A DNA stretch of 64,000 nucleotides. It comes from Mustelus asterias (taxonomy: Eukaryota). Below are positions 1 through 11,497 of this stretch, piece by piece. The notes under the pieces are model-generated. The model did no database searches. It was given only the letters and a program-made list of their open reading frames with translations, and was not told the DNA's origin. Every line of letters starts with the position of its first letter. The first letter of the stretch is position 1. The stretch is taken from positions 806,001 to 870,000 of the forward strand of contig NW_027590122.1 in NCBI RefSeq assembly GCF_964213995.1, written 5' to 3'. The position numbers and the translations under genes are program-made.

Positions 1-739
1 GTCTAATTGTATTGCGTCCTCACAAAGACAGTCACAAGTGAAACTGTAACTGAACTAGAGGAATGGCACAAACTTCCCAGAAGCATCTTTTAAAATTGTT
101 CTTCATAATAAAGAAATGGGAAAAAACACTCAGACAGATGAGGAAATCGAGAATCAGTGCGGACCTACTGGACTTCCTACAGATGAACGATCCAGAATGC
201 TTCACACACAAATAAAGAGCGATCGAGTATAACTAACAGATCATTCTGAAATCTCTTCCCTTTTAAGATATTTGATTTCATTTAAAAACTGACTTTGGTC
301 AATCTCAAATAAACATCATGGGAGGTGTATTACTCAGTGACTCGAATTCATTTGTCAGTCAGTCATGTTTGCATTTCGATGTTGTATATTTCAGAGATAT
401 TCAATTCAGAATGAGGACATAGCGTTAATTAAATGTATAGAAAGTAAATGTTGAATAAAGAACAAATACTGGAAAGAGCTGTTTGAAATTATTCAACGGA
501 AGAGGAGAATGATGTATTAATGATTGTGCATATTCTATGATTCTATGATTCTATGATTTACAGCAGAAATCATTGCTCCCTCAGACGTTTTCTAGATGAA
601 CGCTTTTATATTTTGAAATTCTAGATAAGTTGAGGCAGCACATTGAAAGTAACGGTTGTCTTCTTGTATTGAGGTACATGGACTCTGAAAGACACATGAA
701 TTGCATAATCACAACCGCGGTCAGTAACTGGATGTTTCT

Positions 740-1235
740 TTTTATTCAACAACGCGATGTGGGTGTAGCTGGTTGTGACAGCAATATTACGCATCACTAA
801 TTGGTTCTTGAGAAGGTGGTGGTGAGCTGCCTTCTTGAACTGCTGCAGTCGATTGGTTTCGGCACATCCAAAGAGCTGTAGGAGGTGGGGGTTGGGGGGG
901 GGGGGGGACGGGTTCGGGGGGGGGAAGGGGTTCGTTATTCCAGGACCTTGTCCCAGTGACAGTGAAGGAACAGCGATATATTTCCAAGTCAGTGTGGTGG
1001 TTAGCTTGGAGGGGAACTTCCAGATGGTAGCGGTCCTGGGTTTGAAAGCTGCTCTCTAAGATGCATTTGGTGAGTTCATGCATTATCCAGACAAATGGAG
1101 AATATTTCATCGCACTCTTGACTTGTGCCTTGTAAATGGTGGACAGGTTTTAGAGACTCAGGAGGTGAATTCCTCACCGCAGGATTCCCAGCCTCTGACC
1201 TGCTCTTGTAGCCACTGCACGAACTGATAAAATGT
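740..1235 (-). mobile_element. Old LINE (L2/CR1-type) 3' fragment
   Basis: Motifs gatgtgggt..gctgg, gagaaggtggtggtgagctgccttcttgaac recur at ~42850-42990 and ~56325-56540, and in reverse at ~7540-7940. Confidence 0.55.
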
Positions 1236-1384
1236 GTGCTGAGCCACAATATGAGCATTTCTTTTTGTGCTCAGTGTGTAGTGGATTTTCAGCACTTCTA
1301 TTCTTTTTTTTTTCTGAATGCATCTTGAGGCATATGTAACAGCCAATGTCATACGCTTGTAAAATATTCTTTTCAAGTAATATT

Positions 1385-1557
1385 CAGTAAGAGGTCTCAC
1401 AACACCAGCTTAATGTCCAACAGATTTAGTTGGAATCACTCACCTGATGAAGGTACAGCGCTCCGAAAGCTCGAAATTCCAAATAAACGTGATGGACTTT
1501 AACCTGATGTGAGACTTCTTACTTTGCCCACCCCAGTCCAATGCGAGGCATCTCCAC
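1385..1557. mobile_element. Penelope-like element remnant forming an inverted repeat, with hammerhead-like core
   Basis: gtctcacaacacc..tccaacag..ggaatcac / ctgatga..gaaagctc..caaataaac..gactttaacctg; same family at 16.4-16.9, 33.6, 36.8, 40.4, 43.2, 44.0, 45.1, 55.3 and 57.2 kb. Confidence 0.7.
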
Positions 1558-1809
1558 CTCAAGTGATATTCGACAATTGGTCCAGTGAGGGGAGTGGTGA
1601 GTGGTTGGGCAGTGTTATTTTCTTTAATTGCAACACGGCAGATTAACTCAGCAACTCAATTCAAGGGCAATTAGGAATGACTGTAAATGAACAAAGAAAA
1701 TCACAATGGTGGAGCCGATCGTCACAAGTAAACAAATAATTTTGACAAAGCTTCTGCCCTATTCTGAAGCGTCGACCCAATATGGAACATCTGCCGCAAG
1801 TTTGCACAT

Positions 1810-1882
1810 GGGCTAGTGGCGCATTGGATAATGCGTCTGACTATGGGTCAAATGGTTCCAGGTTCGACTTCTGGCTTGCTCG
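1810..1882 (+). pseudogene. tRNA-Arg(ACG)-derived pseudogene (anticodon now ATG)
   Basis: 73-nt gggctagtggcgcattggataatgcgtctgactATGggtcaaatggttccaggttcgacttctggcttgctcg is colinear with vertebrate tRNA-Arg-ACG; several stem mismatches. Confidence 0.8.
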
Positions 1883-3830
1883 ATGCAACTTTAAAAAAAG
1901 TTTACAAGTTCCATGTTACTTTCGATGACTGCCTTTAATAACATTAGTTTCACTCAGGTAAATGCTGACGAACTTCAGTTTGCTTCTCTCGAGAGATTTA
2001 TCTTAGGTAATTGTTTTTCAACAGAAACCGACTATTTAAAGTTAAATTCTACTGAAAGATTAGCCTTAAACATATTTAAACGAGTTTCTTTTCACGAACG
2101 TTTGCTATATTGTTTGGAAAACATTTTGATAAGTTTAAGCTATATTTTAAAAAGTTGGAGCCGTCTAGATGATGGTATGGAAAAGTTATTTTGGAAAATG
2201 CTGAAACTAGTTTCCAAAAAGTTGACCAACACTTGTCAAATTCTAGGGAAGAATTTGTTTCAAGTATGTTTAGTGTTAAGAAGTTCACAAGATATATTCA
2301 GCTCGATAGCAGTTTTTCAAAAGTTGACCAAATCTAGTTAAACCCCATGGAGAAATATCTGTGAATAAGTCGCGTTTTGAAACGTTCACAAATTAGCCAG
2401 AAGGTCGAGATGCTGTAGTTCTTCTCCAATGGAGCGGAGGAGATTGAGGAGAAATGTAATCGAAGTGGATGAGAGTAGGACAGGTTTTTCTCAGGTATAT
2501 AAAGGAAAGATGTTCCCATTAGCTGGTGGTCCTAACGGAAGATAGGCTGGGGTATGGAAGGGGTCATTTTTTTAAGATTATGGGCAATGGACGGAGGGGG
2601 TGAGGGTGATGGAGGAGGAACATTTTTCCACAGTGAGTACCAAGCATCCAGAACACTTTGCCTCTGAGAGTGGTGGATGGGGTTCTTTTAGATAAATAGA
2701 AATTCTGAGGCCGGAATGATGGCCTCTTGAGAAAGAAAATGGATCTCTGGGAACATTATGGGGCAGCGAAATGGAACTCCTCGATTCAATTTAACCTGTA
2801 AAGGCACCCACTGTTGTGGTGTTCGTTAAGAACCTCGCTGATGTTAAATGTGAGGGTATCCCAAAGTACAGAAGGATTAATTGGAACACCAATTTTCAAT
2901 TGTGGAAATTTTCAATTTGACATAATGTATATCAAAAAGGAAATGAGTGAGACATGGCCCAGCCTTGTTGCAAATAATTAATAATGGATAGTTATTAAAT
3001 TTAAGGCACAGCAAGAAAGGCATTTCAGCAGGGCCCTTAACTTCAATAATGGCTACACACACAAAGTATCTCATGAGGTTGACCCCTTTTCCTAGCTGTC
3101 CAGGTTCCTGACCTCTGAGAACTGCCCCTCTCCCGAACATCATTCGAAATTATATAATGCAGATTATAGTGACCACCCACGGATTATTTTCCAATTTGGG
3201 AAAACTTTCTTCAGTCCAGCGTAGCAGTTCTTCTCTGTTAAAGTTTCTTTTTAAACAGCAGTGCATTGCCTTTTTGCAGAGCCTGCTTTTTCCAGCTGGC
3301 TGCTGCTTTTGGTAGTCGCCCTTCCGCTCCTCCTGTACTCAGCTCCCATGGCTATAGTTTCCATTCCTTCTGATGTTGTGCTATCTTAATTACACCTCTT
3401 CATTTCAATCCATAGTGACTCACGTAATCATTTGTTTGCCTGCTGCTTTACTAATTCGCAGATAAAAAACCCCTTCAGACAGGTGTACTTTTAAAAATCC
3501 AATCCTTCAATTTATTTTATCCAAAGTTGAATTTAAATCTTTATATTTATAAATCTTATAATGTTCTGGGGACGAAAGTTGGGGGTGGCCTCCATTCTGA
3601 ATTGGAGATGCAGGCCAACACCTTGTTCAGGGGAGTCCTGACATCTGTACGCCACATTCTTCCAGACTGGGTGAAAGATTTTGGTCGGAATTCCGCTGCG
3701 AACGACAGCGGAGAAATTGGTGCTCAGCGAAATCTACGTTTACTGCAGCGGGACTGGAGAAATCCAGCTGTGGTCGAGAAACTCGTGTCATAGCATTCTG
3801 CATCCACCTGGTGGCAGTTAGATCACAGCT

Positions 3831-5345
3831 ACAGAAACATAGAAACATAGAAAATCTACAGCACAAAACAGGCCCTTCGGCCCCACAAGTTGTGCCGAAC
3901 ATATCCCTACCTTTTAGGCCTACCTATAACCCTCCATCCTATTAAGTCCCATGTACTCATGCAGGAGTCTCTTAAAAGACCCTATTGAGTTAGCCTCCAC
4001 CACCACTGACGGCAGCCGATTCCACTCTCCCACCACCCTCTGTGTGAAAAACTTCCCCCGAACATTTCCCCTATACCTACCCCCCAGCACCTTAAATCTG
4101 TGTCCTCTCGTAGCAGTCATTTCCACCCTGGGAAAAAGCCTCTGAGAGTCCACCCGATCTATGCCTCTCAACATCTTATATACCTCGATTAAGTCTCCTC
4201 TCATCCTACGTCTCTCCAAAGAGAAAAGACCGAGCTCTCTCAGCCTATCTTCATGAGGCATGCCTCTCAATCCAGGCAACATCCTCGTAAATCTCCTCGG
4301 CACCCTTTCAACCTTTTCCACATCCTTCCTGTAATGAGGCGACCAGAACTGAGCACAGTACTCCAAGCGAGGTCTGACGAGGGTCTTATATAGCTGCATC
4401 ATTATCCCCGGACTCCTAAACTCAATCCCTCGATTGATAAAGGCCAGCACACCATACGCCTTCTTAGCCACCTCCTCCACCTGCGGGGCGGATTTTAGAT
4501 TCCTATGGACCCGGACCCCAAGGTCCTTCTGATCCCCTACAGTACTAAGAGTCTTTCCCTTTATATTGTACTCCTTCATCCCATTTGACCTGCCAAAATG
4601 GACCACTCCGCATTTATCTGGGTTGAAGTCCATCTGCCACTTCTCCGCCCAGTCTTGCATCCTATCTATGTCCCTCTGTAACTTCTGACATCCCTCCAGA
4701 CTATCCACAACCCACCAACCTTCGTGTCGTCGGCAAACTTACCAACCCATCCCTCCGCTTCCTCATCCAGGCCATTTATGAAAATGACAAACAGCAAGAG
4801 TCCCAGAACAGATCCCTGGGGCACACCACTGGTGACCGACCTCCATTTAGAAAAAGACCCATCTATACCCACTCTCTGCCTCCTTTGGGCAAGCCAGTTC
4901 TGGATCCACCGGGCAGCAGCCCCTTGGATCCCATGCCCTCTCACTTTTTCTAGAAGCCTTGAATGGGGGACCTTATCGAACGCCTTGCTAAAATGCATGC
5001 AAACCACATCTACTGCTTTCCCTTCGTCAATGTGTTTGGTCACATTTTCGAAGAACTCCACCAGGCTCGTAAGGCACGATCTGCCTTTGACAAAGCCATG
5101 CTGAGTATTCTTGAGCATACTAAACCTCTCTAAATGCTCATAAATCTTGTCCCTCAGGATCTTCTCAATCAGTTTACCAACCACTGAGGTTAGACTCACC
5201 GGTCGGTAATTTCCTGGGCTATCCCTATTCCCCTTCTTGAAAATAGGAACCATATCCACAATCCTCCAATCCTCCGGCACATCTCTCGTCCCTATCGACG
5301 ACGCAAAGATCATCGCCAGAGGCTCTGCAATCTCTTCCCTCGCCT
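3831..5345 (-). mobile_element. CR1 LINE, 5'-truncated (RT domain + 3'UTR + (tttctatg)n tail)
   Basis: ORFs 4666-5313 and 3920-4708 with GVPQGSVLG, KFADDTK, LEYCAQFWSP motifs; frameshift near 4710. Confidence 0.95.
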
Positions 5346-6018
5346 TGTTAATCTTGGGTGAGCTGATGTTCTTTCACCGACAGGATTAAATATTTCCTGG
5401 TGGGATCAGTCATTCAGTGAGTACACTCAAACCAGCAAGCTAACTATCTTTACTGAGGGATGTGATTCATTTCCTGGGGCCACTGATCTTATTCCACTCA
5501 TGTGTGATTATATTTAGTGGGGCCACTGATAAAATATAATCACACATTAGAAATCGAATAAGATGAGGTTAAAGTGCAATTTTGTTTCTCTGCCTTTGTC
5601 TCAGGCCCTGTCTCGTTCTCTCTCTTATTATCTCCCTATTTTCCCTCTCCCCCTTCTCTATATTCTTCTCTTACTTTCTTCTTTTCTATTTTTCTGATTC
5701 TAACTCTCAGAGAGTCTTTCTTTAACTCTCTGCGTCCACCTTGACGTCCAGCGCGCTACCTCTTTGTGTCTCACGGCCTTTTGCTCCCTTTTTTCGCTGC
5801 CGTTCTATCTTCCTGTTTATTTTTCCTTGCTTTTCTCTCACCCTATTTTGTCAGGAACTCAGTCATTCAGAATGCCTTTTCACATCGATCATCTCTACTT
5901 CCGACTACATTCACACAGCAATAAACGGTCTCGGTCTGATTCTGCAGCTGCCAGAGGTGAAGGTTCAGAGTTCACAAAGTGAACTCCTATCACTCGGCTG
6001 ATGTTGCAGTCCAGTGGT

Positions 6019-6057
6019 AGTTTCCGTAAGGGTCTTGTATCAGTTTGTATCACTGTG
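6019..6057 (-). other. 23-spacer recombination signal sequence (RSS)
   Basis: CACAGTG (6051-6057) + 23 nt + ACGGAAACT (6019-6027) immediately after YYCALII. Confidence 0.9.
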
Positions 6058-7234
6058 AATGATCAGCGCACAGTAATACACCCCACTGTCACTCAGCTGT
6101 ACATCTGCCAGGGTGAAACTGAAGAAACGATCTGATACTCGGAGTTTTGACCAGAATCGGCCTCCCACACGCTCAGCTTTCTTTGTATTTCCCTCCGAAT
6201 TCCTTTTGATTAAAAATACCGACTCCTCCCCCGGATTTTGTCGGTGCCAGAGCAGATCATAGCGGCGGCTATCTGTGGAGAATGAACAGGGCAACACCAT
6301 GCGTTCTTGTTCTAAACATGATACTGACGGTGCAGTTTGCTTTACAGTATCAGAATAACACAGTCCTTCAAATGGTAACCAGAAAATAGATATACGTTTA
6401 AATATGGGGAACCTCAGTCAACATTCATTCATTCTCCTCGACATAGAATCATTAAGTATTAAAGCAAATAACGAGAATATTCAGTATATATTACCCGCAT
6501 TGGCAGACGATGGAGTTACTATTTTACCCCGCAGTCTGTTCTTTCCGCATTGCACTGAAAATCTCCTACCTTCAAAAATTCATGCAGTTTCTTAACTGTT
6601 AAGAGGAAGTTTACTTTAACTAACATTTCAATCAGCATATAGAAACAGAATCTGCTGCATAAACTCAGCAGGTCTGGCAGCATCTGTGAAGACAAATGCA
6701 GACTTAACATCTGGAGTCCATATGACTTTTGTTCAGATTCTGTGGAAGAATCATATGGACTCGAAACATTAACTCTCTTTCTCTCGTGGTTGTCATACTT
6801 CAACCGAAGCCTGATTATCTGTGAATAAATCTTTTGTTTTGTATTTGCACATTATCAATAGAGGCAAGAATTCTATTTGGTTTTTAAAGTGCAATTTGAA
6901 CCAACACCTTCAGCATTTTCCATACATTCATCCAATATTCTTTCCCTCCAATTACCTAAGTTTTAACTGCAGCAAACTATTGTAAACTTCACTCCAATCA
7001 AAGTGAATGGTCACTCAAAACTCGCATCCGTCCATTCCTCCATCCATCCTACTGTCCGTCTGTTCATCCATCCATCCTCTATTATCCCCTTAAAGGCCCC
7101 ATAGTTCACCCCTTGTTCACACATCCGTCCCTCCTTCAATAGTTATGTGACAAAACTTCGTTCGAATGAAAGCTAAAGAACTCACCTAGCTTCAGAACAA
7201 GAATGAAAACGGGAGCCCATAAATTCTTTCACAT
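6058..7234 (-). pseudogene. TCR alpha/delta V segment (V exon 6058-6365; candidate leader 7186-7234 with stop at codon 2)
   Basis: Exon reads GLCYSDTVKQTAPSVSCLEQERMVLPC..WHRQ..DSGVYYCALII after tttgaag acceptor; leader M*KNLWAPVFILVLKLG|gtgagt. Confidence 0.8.
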
Positions 7235-8226
7235 TTCTGTTCCCTCAAAATTGAATTTCCCACAGACTTTGAACGGTGCCTGAAGTCGAGCTACAATCGA
7301 ACTATTAGAATCTTCCTAAGTATCCCGCTGTTTCACAGTTAATATCTCTGTTGTGGGTTTCATCTCATTTGATCCTATCAGCCGCTATTTGACTCCGGCT
7401 AATAAGGAGTGTAAACTGAGTCAGCTGTTCTGAATAAAACAGGAAGTACAATTAGTAGGATGCGCCTCCGGTGAAGCTGTCCTTCTTACTCAGACAAAGG
7501 AGGTGGTTCTAAAGTTGCACACTGAGATTCCAATTTACAAGACGTCGCATTCAGGACAAAGCAGCCCCGTTTGACTGGTGCCGCTTGCACCAACATTCAC
7601 TCGCTCCACCAACGATGCACAGTGGCAACCTTCTGTACCATATACACGATGAACTGCAGGAAATCACGAAGCCTCCTTAGGCGCTACATTTCAGACACAA
7701 AGCTATAATTTAGAAGGCCATGCGAACACGACCACTATCTAGACTTGGAAATATCCTCCGTTCCTTTACTGTCCCTCGGTCTCGGTAAATATACTGAAAT
7801 TCCCTCCCTAATAGCGCAGTGGGTGGACCTACACCGCAGGGACAGCATCCCTTCAAGAAGACAGTTCACCAGCATCTTATCAAGGGCGATTAGAAATTGG
7901 TAATGTCTGCTGCCATCGCCAGCCAAGCCCACATCCCCTGGATTAATAACAATAAATAATCAATTCGAGAGCAAGTAGAGCATGACATTCACTGCTGTGG
8001 GTCGCGGGATGAGTCTCTGTGTTCCGGCTGCCGAGTAGTTTTGACTGAAAGTTCACAGCCGTGTTCACCATTTAAATCCTTGAATTTAATTTGAAGGATG
8101 GGCGTGGCCTAACTTACCAGGGTCTGAAGTATTTCAATTCAGCTCTGAGGTCCAGTCTCCCAGAGCAGTCCAGCTCTGCAGTCTCAGTTCCCCGTCATAC
8201 AAACCTCAGTTCCAGGCGACAGAGCG

Positions 8227-8708
8227 ATGGAAATCCTTCTTGTTTTCACCATGTGTGCCTATTTACCCCGTGAGTACCGATCAAACTAACCCACATTGTG
8301 TGGATTGAACATAAAGCTGCCCCAGTCCATCTCAATTACAAACACTGTCTGGGGTTTTAGCCCCGTTGTGCGGTTCGGCTCTGATGGTCCATTAAACTCT
8401 CTGTGTTGAATTTCCAGGATGTTTCAGTCAGTCAGTGACTCAAAGCCCGGCAGCGGTGACCAGGAAGGAGTGTCAGTCTCTCACCATCACCTGTGTTTTC
8501 AATGGTGTTTATGATTTAAAAAATGGCCATTTCTTCAGACAAACCCAGACTGGGACAGAGCGGGAGCGGATCTCCAGCGGAGGGAGGTTTGTTGTGTCGG
8601 TGAATGAAGCAGAAAAGACATTTTCGCTGGAAATTCGGGACATGAGAATTGAAGACACCGCCACCTATTACTGTAAAGCTCAGCACTGGTACTACGCACA
8701 TGGGACAC
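8227..8708 (+). CDS. NAR-TCR (IgNAR-like) V segment with fused CDR3 extension; leader 8227-8269, V exon 8418-8708
   Basis: MEILLVFTMCAYLP|gtgagt..ccag|RCFSQSVTQSPAAVTRKECQSLTITC..GHFFRQ..ERISSGGRFVVSV..DTATYYCKAQHWYYAHGT; VNAR-type lack of CDR2, extra FR1 Cys; open frame. Confidence 0.92.
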
Positions 8709-8736
8709 CACAGTGGAAGAGAGGAGAACAAATACT
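8709..8736 (+). other. 12-spacer RSS 3' of NAR-TCR V(D)
   Basis: CACAGTG + gaagagaggaga (12) + ACAAATACT; the paralog has a perfect ACAAAAACC at the same spacing. Confidence 0.88.
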
Positions 8737-9067
8737 TAAGTATTTCTGAACAAGCGAAGCAATAATTTCCAGGACACGGACCATAGCTTGTCGGGTTGTT
8801 GTTATTATCGTTGCAACATGATTTCATTTCGTTGTAATTTCCTCCCTTCAGTTATCTTTCTTTAACTTTTTTATTCCATTTCTACGAAGCGTCCATCTCC
8901 ACTCCGTTCCTGGGCCATTTTGCCAAGAGTTCAGAGTGTCCCAAGGAACAGTTTGTTCCAATGGGAATTATAAAACTATCATACTTCATTATTGATCTAT
9001 AACCCCTGAATAATTGATAAACGCTGACTATTCGGTAATTTTTTCCCCATCAGTTTGAGGTGTCTGT

Positions 9068-9159
9068 CATTCGTGTACTGGGCTGACTGAGAGCGCTGAC
9101 ACTGTGGGGAGAGTGGAGATTTACAGACGGGTCTGGGACGGTGGTGACTGTCTCAGCTG
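9068..9159 (+). other. NAR-TCR J segment (coding 9107-9159) with 5' 23-spacer RSS (9068-9106)
   Basis: cattcgtgt + 23 nt + cactgtg, then GEWRFTDGSGTVVTVSA G|gtaagt; DGxGT is the IgNAR-type J motif. Confidence 0.9.
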
Positions 9160-11191
9160 GTAAGTGACTCCAAATCCCCCCCGTATTGCAGAATGTCCTG
9201 GTTCGTTTTCGCCGTCAGTTCATTCTTGTCGTCTGCCTCTCTTCAATCCTCTGTGACTACAATAGCAGCGTGGGGGAAGGGGGTTTCTGTGGAAGATTTT
9301 CAATTGCAGTTTTAGATTTGGGAGCAGAATAGGAAACTGGAGTCGGGTCCACATTTTGAAGCTATGACTTCTGTCCTCGTGTCAACTTTGCTTCTCTCTG
9401 TGGCTCTTACGGAGGGTCATCCAGACTGGAAACGTTGACTCTATTCTGTCTCCAGACCTGTTGAGGTTTGCCAACATTTTTCAGGTTTTGGTGTTGATAT
9501 AAATCTTTAGCATTAATTGATAGATTCATTAATGTACGTGTGGAGAAAATGATTCAGATTAAAGAAACATTTAATATGATGCCAGTGAGATAAAAGAAAA
9601 AGAAATTAGGAGGAATGTGGAGCGAGCTGCCACATGGAGTGGTTGCAGTAAATGGCGTAAGGAATTTTTCAGACGGCGTGAAAGATCGAGGAGGGAGAAG
9701 GACACAGTGCTCAGTGTACAATGGTTTCGTTAGGGATCGAGTGTGAGAGGGGAGTAGTGCGCAGTGCAAGGACAAGCGTACTGTGAGCCGACTGGCCTAC
9801 TTCTGTTCTGTGGAATCTATATAATATAAAATACAGAGAGGATTCTGCCCAGAAAGCATGGGGAACAATCAACCAATGGATGGAAGGAATTGAAAATCTC
9901 AGGCACCTTGAAAAGGCAATCTTCACAGTGAGTAACAGTGAGCAAGTCAATCGGGGAAACTGAGCATGCTGATCTCAACTGACATTGGAGAGTGTCTGGG
10001 ACAGGTTCTCGTGGTGGCAAGAAATCGCAAGCAGTACAAAGAGAACAACTCAGATTTATAAATCCACTGGTATTAACTGTAAATCATTCTAATATATAAT
10101 ATAAATTGTAGAATTGATGGACGAAACTGTGCAAAGAGTTGGACTGTAGTCAAAGGTTGATCTTTGACACAGATATGCAATGTCAGTTTCGCTTAATCAG
10201 TTTCGCTGGGCGAGTATGACCGTCTTTGCCTGAATCTTGATGCGACCCAGCATATAAAACGGCAGTGTTACTCTCAGTCAATCAACTCTGGACAGCAATT
10301 GTTATAGTGAGAAGAGTGAACTTTCATATAATTTCCTCAGGTTTGTAAATCGCCAATATACACAGAAGCAGACACTAAATATAAAATATAAAATCAGAAA
10401 CCAGAGAAGGACATCACTCTGACCAAGTGGTCATTCTTTGCAGGTGCTACTGAACGTTTCCTATTTTACCTTCCTGCTCTTCAAACCCCCGGAATTCTAA
10501 TCTGATTCTGTATATTTCTTCCATTTACCGTTCGAAAATGAGTGTTGAATTTGTTTCCAACACACATCTCCAAATAATCCAGATGAGCAAAATTCGCTGT
10601 GTACAAAAAAAATCATCTAAGTATCTGCCCCTCGGCTCTTTTGCCATTTTTTTTCAATTCATCCTCTGGATGTGGGTGTCCCTAATTGCCTTTGAACAGG
10701 ATGGCTTGCGAAGCCCATTTTAGAGGGCATTTAAGAGTCAACCGCATTTTTGTGTATCAGGAGCCACATGTAGGCCAGACCAGATAAGGATGGCAGATTT
10801 CCTTCCCTCAAGAACATTAGTCAAACACATGTGGTTTTAACGGCAATCGACAATGTTTTCATAGTCATCTTTGAATTAACATGCTTGTTTTATTGAAATC
10901 AATTCAATATTGAATTGAAATTCAAATTTCACCATCTTCCGTGGCACCATTCGTACCCGTGTCCCCAGCGTATTACTTGGATTACTAAATCTCTGGATTA
11001 AGCAATCCAGTCATAATACCACTTTGCCACCGTCTCCCTAATTAATTATAGTGAATAAATGTCGCACACCCTTTAATGAAACAATTACGGGAAAATGGCG
11101 AGCTATTGACGCGATTATATTTCCCTGGGCAAACTAACATGCAACGCAAGTAATGGAATCATAGAAATGCATTATTTTATAGGTTCTGCAG

Positions 11192-11497
11192 AATCCAGTT
11201 CATCTGTGTCACAGAATCCGTCTCTCCAAACCTGTGCTGCTGACGACACCATTACTTTAAACTGTGAATATCCAGGATTTTGTCAACACACACTCTACTG
11301 GTACCGTCACTCTCCAGGAGAGACCCCAAAATACTTGCTTAAGAGACACACATCAGGCGAGGCGATCAAAGAAAACGCTGCCGGGCAGAGAATTTCTGCT
11401 TCTGTCGACCCTGTCGAAAAAATCAGCTGGTTAAAGATCTCCAAGCTGCGATTGAGCGACTCCGCTGTGTATTACTGTGCACTGAGTGGGCGCACAG
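11192..11497 (+). CDS. Supporting TCR delta V (STCRdV) of NAR-TCR, leaderless, intact
   Basis: ctgcag| phase-1 acceptor matches the J donor; SSSSVSQNP..CEYPGFCQHTLYWYRH..DSAVYYCALSGRT; extra CDR1 Cys; no leader exon found upstream. Confidence 0.9.

Noticed and set aside
787-1110. Proline-rich ORF
   Set aside because: Arises from a G-run inside an old LINE fragment
1913-2341. 142-aa ORF
   Set aside because: AT-rich, no recognisable domain or splice context
8737-9067. A D segment between NAR V and J
   Set aside because: No CACTGTG/CACAGTG-flanked segment found; the same holds for 17320-17654
9924-9962. Extra RSS (CACAGTG) in the J-V intron
   Set aside because: Poor nonamer, and the heptamer is not kept in the mirrored arm
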